A stretch of DNA of 64,000 nucleotides from Candidatus Bathyarchaeota archaeon (GTDB lineage Archaea > Thermoproteota > Bathyarchaeia > Bathyarchaeales > Bathycorpusculaceae). Positions 35,110 to 45,297 of the stretch are shown in pieces (the first letter of the stretch is position 1; each line of letters begins with the position of its first letter). The stretch spans positions 32,001 to 96,000 of the forward strand of contig CAVYRJ010000009.1 of NCBI GenBank assembly GCA_963770935.1, in the 5' to 3' direction. The notes beneath the pieces are model-generated. The model searched no databases. It was given only the letters and a program-made list of their open reading frames with translations, and had not been told where the DNA came from. Position numbers and translations under genes: made by a program.

Positions 35110-35380
35110 GTGCTCTTTTCACCTCTCGAATAAGCCGTATAAGCTACCCTACCCTCGGAAGGGTTTAAGCCTTTAGATTCGTCAGTTGTCGTTAATCCCA
35201 AACCAAAGCTTGGGCTAAAACATCGGTTATGCAATAATTCTTCTACTAAATCCCTATTTGTATCGAGACTTCGTAAATAACCGTTAACATAAAATAGGCC
35301 TACAAAACTTCAACTTTTTTTTCCAAATTTTGTCAGTTGCTCAAATCAAAATAGATAAATCCGCACAGGCAGAATTAAAG

Positions 35381-35447
35381 TGGGGATGATGTAAGGCGAC
35401 GGCTTCGAGCCTAAAGCTGTGAGAAATCGTCAATAATTACTGACCCA
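35381..35447 (+). ncRNA. Box C/D methylation-guide sRNA candidate
   Basis: Terminal stem TGGG/CCCA, box C ATGATGT, D' TCGA, C' GTGAGA, D CTGA; D' guide GGCGACGGC. Confidence 0.7.
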
Positions 35448-35647
35448 AATGCCAACATAGAAAACAAGGCTTTACGGACTGCAAAATTCACTTCTTTTAT
35501 GTATATTCAAAATGTAGACTTGGATTTTGGTAGTTGAATCTTGATCTAAGCTTGAAGGATTTAAAGCCGATACAAGTTTTGCATAGTTTAAAGATTGAAA
35601 ATCGCGAAGTTCTTTTGATTTGTTTTCTTTAGCTCTTGCAAGAATGA

Positions 35648-36835
35648 TTATGTTTGTTTGATGAATGGTTGTGTTTTTTCATTTAGAACGTGTGCAACAA
35701 CATTCATCAGCGGGGTTCCTATAAGATGATGTGAAAAAAGTTGGTGGTCTTTTAATTGTTCAAGTATTTCTAGAGCCACGCCAATTGAGGCTTTTTCTGA
35801 AGCACACATAAAAGGTCCGACTAGGTCGTATCTTTTTGTGGAATAGTAATTTGTGCATCCGCACCAATTCATGCAATATTCGTTTAGTTCACATTGTGTG
35901 CATTCAGTATTTTTGGCGCTGCTTGAGTTGGGTTTACATACTTCACTAGGTTTAAATCCAATTTTTACGTTTCCAAGACAGTGTGTTTTTCCATCGTCAG
36001 ACCCAACTAGTCGTTCGCATGGGTAAATATTTCCTGCTGGAGAAAATGCAAATTCTCCTTGCCCCATTCTACATCTTTCAGCAGGCTTATATCCGTCACG
36101 TAGTATGACTGTGATTTTTCCGTCAATTAGGTTAATGTATTTGGGGTGCCCAGTCAAGTAGAAATCAATGTATTTTTTTCCTATTTCTCTATACACAGTT
36201 GGTAATAGGTCAGCTTCTTTCTGAGTCCAATCGGCCGAAATGTTCGGATTTAGATAAATATTGACAGCTCCTAGGGAAACAAGATAGTCTATTACCTCAG
36301 GTAGATCTTGCAGATTTTCAGGAGAATAAACTGCGTTTACCGGAATAAGAGGGAACTGACTGAGAGCTCTTTTTAGGTTTCTTTCCACTATTTCGGAGGT
36401 ACCTGAGCCGTCTGGAAAACGTCTGTAAATGTTTTGTACTTTTGCGGGACCATCACAACTTATGCATAAAATAATTTTTTTCTCTGTCAGGAACGCAGAT
36501 ATTTCATCAGAAAAAATCGTTCCATTAGTAACAACAGATATGTTTACGCGGTTAGCATCATAGGATTTGTGTTCTTGGATGAGTTTTGTGATTTTTTGGA
36601 TCCTGTTAAATTCCAGGAGTGGTTCACCGCCAAAGAAACCGAATTCTATTCGTTCATCTTTGGCAACTTTAGCGAAAGCAAAATCAACAATCCTTTTCGC
36701 CATCGACAAAGAAATTACTGATTTCTTTTTTTCAATGTAACAGTATTTACAGGATAAATTACATTGCTGTGTAACAAAAATAGTACATTTCATAGTTTTG
36801 GGATAATAAGAAAAAGGGGAAGGGGTAGTTTCCAT
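35648..36835 (-). CDS. Radical SAM/SPASM protein
   Basis: CNLSCKYC, FFGGEPLL, TNG, SCDG; SPASM C..G..GNIYPC and CTQC...C...CGC...C. Confidence 0.92.
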   Translation of the reverse strand: METTPSPFSYYPKTMKCTIFVTQQCNLSCKYCYIEKKKSVISLSMAKRIVDFAFAKVAKDERIEFGFFGGEPLLEFNRIQKITKLIQEHKSYDANRVNISVVTNGTIFSDEISAFLTEKKIILCISCDGPAKVQNIYRRFPDGSGTSEIVERNLKRALSQFPLIPVNAVYSPENLQDLPEVIDYLVSLGAVNIYLNPNISADWTQKEADLLPTVYREIGKKYIDFYLTGHPKYINLIDGKITVILRDGYKPAERCRMGQGEFAFSPAGNIYPCERLVGSDDGKTHCLGNVKIGFKPSEVCKPNSSSAKNTECTQCELNEYCMNWCGCTNYYSTKRYDLVGPFMCASEKASIGVALEILEQLKDHQLFSHHLIGTPLMNVVAHVLNEKTQPFIKQT

Positions 36836-36850
36836 GTTTATCTTTTTGAC

Positions 36851-37270
36851 CTAAACTATGGCGTTTATGGATTCAGAAACGGCAATCATTTTTCCAAAAC
36901 TGACTGTTTTGGCAGAGTTCAATTTAGCTTTGAGATTCTCTAGGATTGGCGCAGAAAACCTGACCCATTGTTCAGTAGTCAAGACATAGACGTTTCCTTT
37001 GAAGTGCAGATGCGGCGATATCATACCGCCATGCCACCAAATTGGAATAACTGCTGATAAGGTGTTTGCCGTTGGCGCTTTTGGTGCTGCAGCAATGTCC
37101 GCAGGCGCTAAAAATGATCCCATAGCAAGACCCATCTGTGCCTCTTTAGATAGCGCTGGAATTTTGCTATTCTTTATGAAGTCACCGACTTGATTTTCAA
37201 AGACTGCCCAGAATTCTCGACGTCCGCCATTTCTCCAAATCCAATACAAAAAGGGATTAGATTCTGACAT
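36851..37270 (-). CDS. Uncharacterized 139-aa protein, putative partner/substrate of the radical SAM enzyme
   Basis: 15 bp upstream of the rSAM gene on the same strand; GAGGT RBS; YWIWRNGG and WWHGGMISPHLHF motifs. Confidence 0.75.
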   Translation of the reverse strand: MSESNPFLYWIWRNGGRREFWAVFENQVGDFIKNSKIPALSKEAQMGLAMGSFLAPADIAAAPKAPTANTLSAVIPIWWHGGMISPHLHFKGNVYVLTTEQWVRFSAPILENLKAKLNSAKTVSFGKMIAVSESINAIV

Positions 37271-37631
37271 TTCAAATACCTCATAATGCGTTTTTGGCGC
37301 AATAGAAATGGTTGTATTTCTGTGTAATAAGCTTTGCAGTAAGACAAAATTGGCAAGACTGAATAATTGTTATATCCTATGCTTTTGGAAATGTGTTGCT
37401 GCAAAAACAGTTACATCTTCTAATTTGAAGAGTTTTAACTCAAGATCTAAGACCACGTTTTCAGTCTAAATGAAAGTTCTTGAGCCAAGCGCATCTTTCC
37501 TTTGATGATAAGCTTGAAGGGCTTGCCAACTTCCTCAAAGTTAGCGTTGTTTTCCTCACAATCGGTGAGTGAGGCTTATTAGCACTAATACATAAGTACT
37601 GTTCCACGAACTTTAAAGGAGAATAAAAAAC

Positions 37632-40172
37632 TTGAAAATATCAAAAAATAAAAGTGCTACATTATTTGCAATGTTTCTATTGTTAACTATTTCTGTACCG
37701 ATTTTCGCTCTTATGCCAAATGCAGATGCGCATGATCCTTTATGGAATATGCCTACATACACTTACATCAGTGCTGCGCCAAACCCGATAGGAGTTGGTC
37801 AAACCGCAATTATAGTGTTTTGGGTCGACAAACTGCCCCCTACAGCAGCCGGACATGCCGGTGATAGATGGTTCTTCTACGTCGATGTCACAAAACCTGA
37901 CGAAACCAAAGAAACCGTAGGGCCATTCACTTCAGATCCAGTCGGAGGTAGCTATTATTCATTAACACCACAAGAAACAGGAACATACACATTTACCGCA
38001 CGTTTTGGACCACAAGTAATAACTGGAAGCAACGGAACAGGCATATACAACTATAACATTGCTATCAACGATACTTATCTGGCAAGCAGTGCAACAACGA
38101 CGCTTACAGTGCAGGATGAGCCAATACCAGAACCTGTGAACTATCCGCTCCCAACCGAATACTGGACACGCCCAATAGAAGGACAAAATGTCCAATGGTA
38201 TACAATTGCATCAAACTGGCTTGGCGCTCCTCAAATATATGGGAAGTATCAGCCAGGCGGTAGTGCACCAAATAGCGCCCACATAATGTGGACAGCACCT
38301 TATGCGTTTGGAGGCGTGGTCGGAGGAGACCCATCCCAAACAGGCATCGAAGGCATAACATACTATGATGGAACTGCATACGAAGGCGTTTTCGGCGGTC
38401 CACTAATTATTTCTGGAAAACTCTACTACCCTCTAACATTGAGCACCTCCAGAACTGGTTCAGGATACACATGTGTAGATCTAACTACAGGCGAAACGAT
38501 TTGGTGGCAGAATTACACAGTCGCTCCGTCGTTCGGTCAACTCTACGACTATGAGTCAATTAACCAGCATGGAGTCATCCGAAACGGTTACTTATGGGCA
38601 TCTTCCGGCACTACATTGATTGCATACGACCCCTTAACAGGAAACTGGGTGTTCAGTGAGACTAACGTTCCTTCAGGAACCGCAGCTTATGGTCCAAACG
38701 GCGAGATACTGAGATACGTGCTCAACGCAAATGGCAAGTGGCTTGCTTTGTGGAATAACACTGCAGCCCACGATCTAACAGCCTCAACTAATCCAACAGA
38801 TTACACGAGCTCAAACTACAACCAATGGCGACCAGTAGGAAAAACAGTTAACGCTAGCACAGCCTACTCATGGAACGCATCAGTACCCTCCCTTATGACT
38901 GGGGCAACCATACAAGCCGTTATCAATGACGACCTATTACTTGGCAGCAATGGCACTTTACCTACACCTGGCAGCAGTTGGAGTCCATATACAATGTGGG
39001 CAATAAGTCTCAAACCAGAAAACCGAGGACAACTACTATGGATGAAAAACTACGACGCACCAGACGGCAACATCACCAGAAGCTTCGCACCAGTGTTTAT
39101 GAGCGAGCTAGTGGATCCAAAGGCACGCGTCTTCACCATGTATGACAAGGAAACTATACAGTGGGGAGGTTACAGCATTGACAATGGCACAAAGCTATGG
39201 CAAACTCCAACAGAAACCTCATTCAACTACTATGCTGATGTTGGTCTCACAAGATTCGCTGTCGCATATGGCAAACTTTACTCCAGTGGCTATTCAGGAG
39301 TAGTCTACTGTTACGACCTTATTAGCGGACAACAACTATGGAACTATAGCGCACCAGCCGGTTTAGAAGCAGCTTATCCAGGTTACCCACTAGGTATAGG
39401 TGCAATCGCTGACGGAAAAGTCTACTTATTCACAACTGAACACTCTGCCAATTCACCACACATAAAAGGCGTACAATTCCGCTGCATTAATGCCACCACT
39501 GGAACTGAAATATGGACTATAGATGGATACGGCTCAAGTGGCGCCATGGCTATTGCAGACGGCTACATGGTATATCTAAACTTATACGACATGCAGTTAT
39601 ACACCGTTGGTAAAGGTCCAAGCGCAACCACAGTCACCGCATCACCAAAGGTTTCAGTTCAAGGCAGCAGCGTACTTATCGAAGGCACCGTAACAGACAT
39701 CGCTACAGGCACCACACAAAAAGAACAAGCTGCTCGTTTTCCAAATGGCGTTCCAGCTGTTTCTGAGGATAGCATGAGTGATTGGATGGAATACGTATAC
39801 ATGCAAAAGCCTCGACCAATGAATACAATTGGCGTTGAGGTGGTCTTGAGTGTTCTCGATGCAAACAGCAACTTCAGAGAAATAGGCAAAGTTACAACAG
39901 ATTCTGACGGATTCTACACACTCAACTGGAAACCAGACATTGAAGGACCATATACAGTGTACGCTTCCTTCGATGGATCCGAATCATACTGGCCATCACA
40001 TGCAGTAAGCTCTTTTGCAGTAGATCCAGCTCCACAAGCAACAACAACACAACAACCAGTAGCAGCAGTACCACAAACCGAAATGTACGTCCTAGGCATA
40101 GGTGTAGCCATAATCCTAGCCATCGCCATAGTAGGCGCAGTATTATTCAGGGCAATCAAAAAACGACAATAG
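37632..40172 (+). CDS. Large surface glycoprotein with PQQ-like beta-propeller repeats
   Basis: Signal peptide, PNPIGVGQ, repeated xDLxTGxxxW blades, NQHG, EHS, GKGPSATTV, C-terminal TM and KKRQ. Confidence 0.85.
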   Translation: MKISKNKSATLFAMFLLLTISVPIFALMPNADAHDPLWNMPTYTYISAAPNPIGVGQTAIIVFWVDKLPPTAAGHAGDRWFFYVDVTKPDETKETVGPFTSDPVGGSYYSLTPQETGTYTFTARFGPQVITGSNGTGIYNYNIAINDTYLASSATTTLTVQDEPIPEPVNYPLPTEYWTRPIEGQNVQWYTIASNWLGAPQIYGKYQPGGSAPNSAHIMWTAPYAFGGVVGGDPSQTGIEGITYYDGTAYEGVFGGPLIISGKLYYPLTLSTSRTGSGYTCVDLTTGETIWWQNYTVAPSFGQLYDYESINQHGVIRNGYLWASSGTTLIAYDPLTGNWVFSETNVPSGTAAYGPNGEILRYVLNANGKWLALWNNTAAHDLTASTNPTDYTSSNYNQWRPVGKTVNASTAYSWNASVPSLMTGATIQAVINDDLLLGSNGTLPTPGSSWSPYTMWAISLKPENRGQLLWMKNYDAPDGNITRSFAPVFMSELVDPKARVFTMYDKETIQWGGYSIDNGTKLWQTPTETSFNYYADVGLTRFAVAYGKLYSSGYSGVVYCYDLISGQQLWNYSAPAGLEAAYPGYPLGIGAIADGKVYLFTTEHSANSPHIKGVQFRCINATTGTEIWTIDGYGSSGAMAIADGYMVYLNLYDMQLYTVGKGPSATTVTASPKVSVQGSSVLIEGTVTDIATGTTQKEQAARFPNGVPAVSEDSMSDWMEYVYMQKPRPMNTIGVEVVLSVLDANSNFREIGKVTTDSDGFYTLNWKPDIEGPYTVYASFDGSESYWPSHAVSSFAVDPAPQATTTQQPVAAVPQTEMYVLGIGVAIILAIAIVGAVLFRAIKKRQ

Positions 40173-40471
40173 AAACAAACACCAACAAAACAACATTTCC
40201 CTTTTTTTGTATTCCCGAACTCAATACAATTTCTAAATTTTGAGTAAGGTTCCTTAGTACATTTACAGGCAGCCATGTGTGAAAAGTAACTGGTAAGTTC
40301 TTAGTCTCCCGTGTTTTTCTTTTGTTTTTTTCTCTTTGCGAGGATGGGGTGCTCTAAAAATTTCCCATCCCATCTTTTAGATTGAGGCTGTTTGGTTTTT
40401 TGGTTTAGGGCTTTTTCCAGTTGCGGTTGGGATGGGGCAAGTGGATTTTTCTCACAAAAACTATGTTGGAT

Positions 40472-40492
40472 GGGTGGGATGGGATGGGCGGG
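40472..40492 (+). other. G-quadruplex-forming motif
   Basis: GGG-T-GGG-AT-GGG-AT-GGG-C-GGG. Confidence 0.65.
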
Positions 40493-40714
40493 TATGTTGA
40501 GTTTGTATTCTATGGGTTATGTAGGGTTGATAAAAGAAGAAGAAAGTAATGACGACCGCAGATTCTCGATTTATAAGCCTTTCGCAAATCATAATAGCAA
40601 ATATCTGGATAGGGGGCTATTGAGCGAAAGTGTGAGTTTACGTTTTTGCCCTCGCTCAAGAGCAAAAGCTTGCGTTTTCGTTCAAAAATAAAATTATAGG
40701 AAAGAAAAGAAAAA

Positions 40715-43399
40715 ATGAAATCAGAAATAAGGAAGACTAAAACATTTTTGCTTGCGCTAATTATGCTGCTAAGCATTATTGCTACACTTTTTGCCTCGTC
40801 ATCAGTCGATGCTGCTGTTACTACCTACCAATCCTACATCTACGTTTCCGCCTCCCCTAACGTCGTCGGTGTTGGCCAATCGATGTTGCTTGTCGCTTGG
40901 ACAGCTGACATGCCCCCAGACATTGGCGAAACAGCAGGCACAGTTCCCAGTCCAAACGGTAGAGCTGGCTGGAACGGTATGCAAATTAATCTGACAAAGC
41001 CAAATGGCGAATCAGTACTTCTTGACATGCCGCATAGTGATCCAGTCGGCGCCAACTATATTTCCTACACACCTGAGACCGCGGGCACATATTACATTCA
41101 ATCTATATTCCCTGAAACCTGGAAAAACACCACCACTACACAAGCGCATTATTTTGCTACAGTCAGCCCAAAAAACAGCTTCACCGTACAGAACGAACCA
41201 ATACCAGCCTGGACTGATACACCACTGCCAAATGGTTATTGGACTCGTCCACTTAACAGTGCAAACAGATTCTGGTATGTGCTAGCAGGAAACTGGCTTG
41301 CTGGTCCTAGCGGTGGAGGTGGTTCAAGCTTAACAACCCCCTTCCTGCAGCCAGCAGGTACTTCAGGCGGCGTCCCTCAGCTTTTGGTCACTTGTCAAGG
41401 CACAGCAAGCGCTCACATACTATGGACAAAACCATACTATATGGGTGGACTCATGAGTAATCAATTTGAAGATACAGGCTACCAAACGGCTCACTACCAA
41501 GGTCTTGGTTGGACTGGCGTCACAATCCTGCAGGGAAAAATCTATTATGCTCCACGCGCAACCGATCACACAACACAGGGTTACGTCGTCGTCGACTTGT
41601 ACACCGGTGAAACATTGTACGCTTCAAACAACACTAAACCTGCATTCGGTCAAATATACAACTATGAATCCCCTAATCAGCACGGAGGCTTTGCATACCT
41701 ATGGAGAACATCTGGTGTTACCATAACTAATCCTGGCGGCGTCAACGGCACGGTTTGGGAGGCGATTGACCCATTCACAGGTCAAACAGTATACAAGATA
41801 GCCAACGTATCTTCAACAGGCACCCAAGTCTACGGCAAAGACGGAAGTATAACATACTACAACCTTGTCAACTATGGAACTGCAACAGTCCCCGACTATC
41901 GTTTGACTATTTGGAACAGCTCGGCAATACCATCTGAGTTGCTGGGAGACTCTGGAACCAACTATTGGCAATGGAGACCAGCCACAGGCGGCAGAGGTCA
42001 ACAACTTGGCGGCGAATATGTTCATGACGGAAACCGGGCCTACTCCTTAAACGTGTCAATTCCATCTCCCTATAACGACCGAAATTCACTGCTCAACGAA
42101 ACAGGAACGATCCGCTGCGTACGAGAAAGTGACTACCTCATATTTGGAACCGCTGGAAGAAACGATGAAAGAGGCGACGTCCCAGGCATGCTAACAGCAG
42201 TTAGTTTGAAGCCAGAAAATATAGGCAAACAACTGTGGAAGATAACCTTCTCAGAGCCATATTCACCAACAACATCCAACGCAACAATGAACCTAGCAGG
42301 CGTATATCCAGAATCAAACGTGTTTGTCTGCGGAAATGTCGGCATGCAAGGCGGCTCAAAGGTTCTCAAATGGTGGGGCTATGACTTAACAACTGGAAAA
42401 CAGATCTGGGAAACTGACACCTTGCCACAATTGCAGTACTACGTCGGCCTGTTTAACACCTACAACGGCTTGTTGTTGACCCAAGGTTATAGCGGAGTAA
42501 TGATCGCCTTTGACCTAACGACGGGAAAACAAGTGTGGAACTACACTGCTGATGGAGTTGGCTTTGAATCTCCCTACGGCAATTATCCCATCGGTATTTC
42601 GGCTATCGCTGACGGAAACGGGTTAATCTACACAGCAGCCAGTGAGCACTCGCCCACTCAACCACTGTGGCGTGGTCCAAACTTACGCTGCATTAATGCA
42701 ACTGACGGAAGTGAAGTTTGGAAAATACTATTCTGGGGAGCCGGTATGTCACCTACTGACCCTCACAACATAGCAATGGCAGATGGCATCTTAGTCGGTC
42801 TCAACTTCTACGATAATGAACTCTATGCATTCGGCAAAGGTCCAAGTGCAACCACAGTCTCTGCGCCTCTATCGGGCACGGCAGTAAATTCTGTTCTAAC
42901 CATCACCGGAACGGTCACTGATCAGACCCTAACTGGCAAACGAACCTCCAACAACGCCTACGAATTCACTCTCAAGGGTACACCAGCAATATCTGACGCG
43001 GACATGGGCAGATGGATGGAGTACCTCTTCATGCAGCAAAGCTACCCGGCAGATGCAAAAGGCGTTCCAGTTAACTTAGCAACCATCGACCCCAACGGCA
43101 ACTACTTTAACATAGGCACGGTTACATCTGACGTCAACGGCAACTACGGCATTCCGTTCACCCCCAACGTTCCAGGCACCTACCAGATCCTCGCAAACTT
43201 CGCAGGCTCTGCAGCCTATGGACCATCATCTGCATCAACCTACCTGACCGTTGCAGAAGCAGCACCAACACCAACAACTCAACCTGAAATAGCAATACCA
43301 GACAATACATCAACAATCATTGGCGCAACAGTCGCGATTATAATCGCCATCGCAATAGTTGGCGCTTTAATGCTTTTGGCAATTAGAAAACGACCATAG
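40715..43399 (+). CDS. Large surface glycoprotein with PQQ-like beta-propeller repeats (paralog)
   Basis: Same architecture and motifs as 37632..40172; TM and RKRP tail. Confidence 0.85.
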   Translation: MKSEIRKTKTFLLALIMLLSIIATLFASSSVDAAVTTYQSYIYVSASPNVVGVGQSMLLVAWTADMPPDIGETAGTVPSPNGRAGWNGMQINLTKPNGESVLLDMPHSDPVGANYISYTPETAGTYYIQSIFPETWKNTTTTQAHYFATVSPKNSFTVQNEPIPAWTDTPLPNGYWTRPLNSANRFWYVLAGNWLAGPSGGGGSSLTTPFLQPAGTSGGVPQLLVTCQGTASAHILWTKPYYMGGLMSNQFEDTGYQTAHYQGLGWTGVTILQGKIYYAPRATDHTTQGYVVVDLYTGETLYASNNTKPAFGQIYNYESPNQHGGFAYLWRTSGVTITNPGGVNGTVWEAIDPFTGQTVYKIANVSSTGTQVYGKDGSITYYNLVNYGTATVPDYRLTIWNSSAIPSELLGDSGTNYWQWRPATGGRGQQLGGEYVHDGNRAYSLNVSIPSPYNDRNSLLNETGTIRCVRESDYLIFGTAGRNDERGDVPGMLTAVSLKPENIGKQLWKITFSEPYSPTTSNATMNLAGVYPESNVFVCGNVGMQGGSKVLKWWGYDLTTGKQIWETDTLPQLQYYVGLFNTYNGLLLTQGYSGVMIAFDLTTGKQVWNYTADGVGFESPYGNYPIGISAIADGNGLIYTAASEHSPTQPLWRGPNLRCINATDGSEVWKILFWGAGMSPTDPHNIAMADGILVGLNFYDNELYAFGKGPSATTVSAPLSGTAVNSVLTITGTVTDQTLTGKRTSNNAYEFTLKGTPAISDADMGRWMEYLFMQQSYPADAKGVPVNLATIDPNGNYFNIGTVTSDVNGNYGIPFTPNVPGTYQILANFAGSAAYGPSSASTYLTVAEAAPTPTTQPEIAIPDNTSTIIGATVAIIIAIAIVGALMLLAIRKRP

Positions 43400-43776
43400 A
43401 AAAAACAAAAATAACCAATCCCTCTTTTTCTTTGCTGAAAAACTTTTTTGCCACTATCCGGTCGAGCCATTAACCAGCAAATTCAAACAACTTTTAAACT
43501 TCTTCATTGCCACAGCAACATAAGCGGTCTTGTTACCCTTCTTAGCCAAATGGTTATTTCCAATTTTTTCGAGAGTTTTTATGTAGTTTTTAAAAGTTTA
43601 TTCCATAAATTCTTTGACAGTTATTGTATCGTTTTTTTATAGAAAATCCGAAAAGTCTCTTTGTCAAAAACATCTTTTTCCCAGAAAGAAAAAACCAAAT
43701 AAATGTTCTAAGAAGTATGGTTATCTGACTCGCTAATTGTTAACCAATCCTACAATGATCTTGCTGACTTTGGCTT

Positions 43777-44499
43777 TTACACTACTTTGGCGTCAAGTCC
43801 CTCAATTACCAACGTTTGGTTTTGCCCAAACAACTGATTGTATAGGTAATCGCTTTCGTTATGCTGGAACGCAATCAGTTTAAGGTCATATGCCATTTGG
43901 CTTTGAGATGCGCTTTGTCCGTTTGCATAACCAGTTTGAGCGGTCACTGTTCCCCAGATCGAAACTGTCGGATTTTCCAAGTGCTTTTCTGAAAACTTGC
44001 TTAAACTAACCATGCCCGTGAGAGAAATTAACCGTGATTGCCCAGCATCCAAAATGTTGCTAAAGCCGCTTGTTTGCAATCCCGTCCGCATATCAGAAAT
44101 TATTGTGTTACTTATTTCGAAAGAAGGTCCCCCTAAGGAGCCTTGGGCTGGACTGCCGTTTGAATCATTTAATCCGATTTCATTTTTTGTAATTTGTTCA
44201 GCTATGTACCCTCTGAATCCAGTCATACTAACCATTTTATCGCCGTTGTTGGTGACTTTCAATATTATTACATACGAAGCCAAGTTGTATTCTGAACTGG
44301 ATCGCGAAATGTCATAGTTAAATCCCGCCGAATTTGTGTAAACTATTGGGTGACCAATGTAGATGTATGCAATTTTAACATTTATATTGGGTTTGGGCTC
44401 AGGGAGGACGTTGTTCCAGTATATGTAAAAAACGCTTGTTAGCAGGATTGCAGATAAACCAACGGCTAAAACTATCAGAATTACGAATTTTGGCTTCAT
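43777..44499 (-). CDS. Hypothetical membrane-anchored protein
   Basis: N-terminal TM helix, LKVTNNG beta-sandwich-like stretch. Confidence 0.65.
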   Translation of the reverse strand: MKPKFVILIVLAVGLSAILLTSVFYIYWNNVLPEPKPNINVKIAYIYIGHPIVYTNSAGFNYDISRSSSEYNLASYVIILKVTNNGDKMVSMTGFRGYIAEQITKNEIGLNDSNGSPAQGSLGGPSFEISNTIISDMRTGLQTSGFSNILDAGQSRLISLTGMVSLSKFSEKHLENPTVSIWGTVTAQTGYANGQSASQSQMAYDLKLIAFQHNESDYLYNQLFGQNQTLVIEGLDAKVV

Positions 44500-44711
44500 T
44501 TTAATGTCATCATTGTCCGTTTTAAATTACAATCAATGCTAAAATCTATATCATTCTATCTATAAGAACAATAGCAAATTAACTAGTAAGCCGGATTCGT
44601 AATTTCACTTGAAAACCCTTTTTTTCTGCTGACGTTTTAGGTCTTATAGATAAGCATTTGATTTAAATTCGAATAGGACCTCTTTCTTTCCTCATAAATC
44701 TGTTTGAGAAA

Positions 44712-45013
44712 TTATTTCATCTGTTCAGCATAATTTATTTGAAGATCTGTTATTAGTCTTCTCAAACGCTCCTTTTCCGCATCTTCTATGTAGGGCTCCA
44801 TCTTGTCAACAAGCGAGATTATGCAGTCAATGGCAACATGTGCTTTTACAAGATCTTTCTTTATTTCACTCGTGCCTGGATTAACCCGCAGTCCGATATA
44901 ACGCCATGCTTGCTCGCTAAGAAGCATAACGAACAACTCTAAGAGCTGATAGATATCTAAACGAGATATGTCAACAGAACTCGGTTCTTGATCCATCTTT
45001 TCCGAATCACTCA
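44712..45013 (-). CDS. DUF1844-like protein
   Basis: QAWRYIGL..P....KDL.KA..AID; DLQINY. Confidence 0.75.
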
Positions 45014-45297
45014 TATTAGAATTCAATCCCAAACATCCTCCCACACCATCATGTTTCTTCTCTAAACCTTCATTCTAACTAATAATTTCAATCTGCAACT
45101 CCAAGCTAAAAATATATAGGAGTTTCGTGAACGTCTATAAAAAACCCAAGAGATTCCGAAGAATTTCAGTATAAAAAAACGCTGAGAAATCCAAATATAC
45201 ACTATTAAGGTCAAAACAGAAATGTATAAGCTTTTATACGTATGTTGATGAGAGATGTTAAAAAGAAAATGTTTGCTTCCGAGAGGATAAAGACTAA

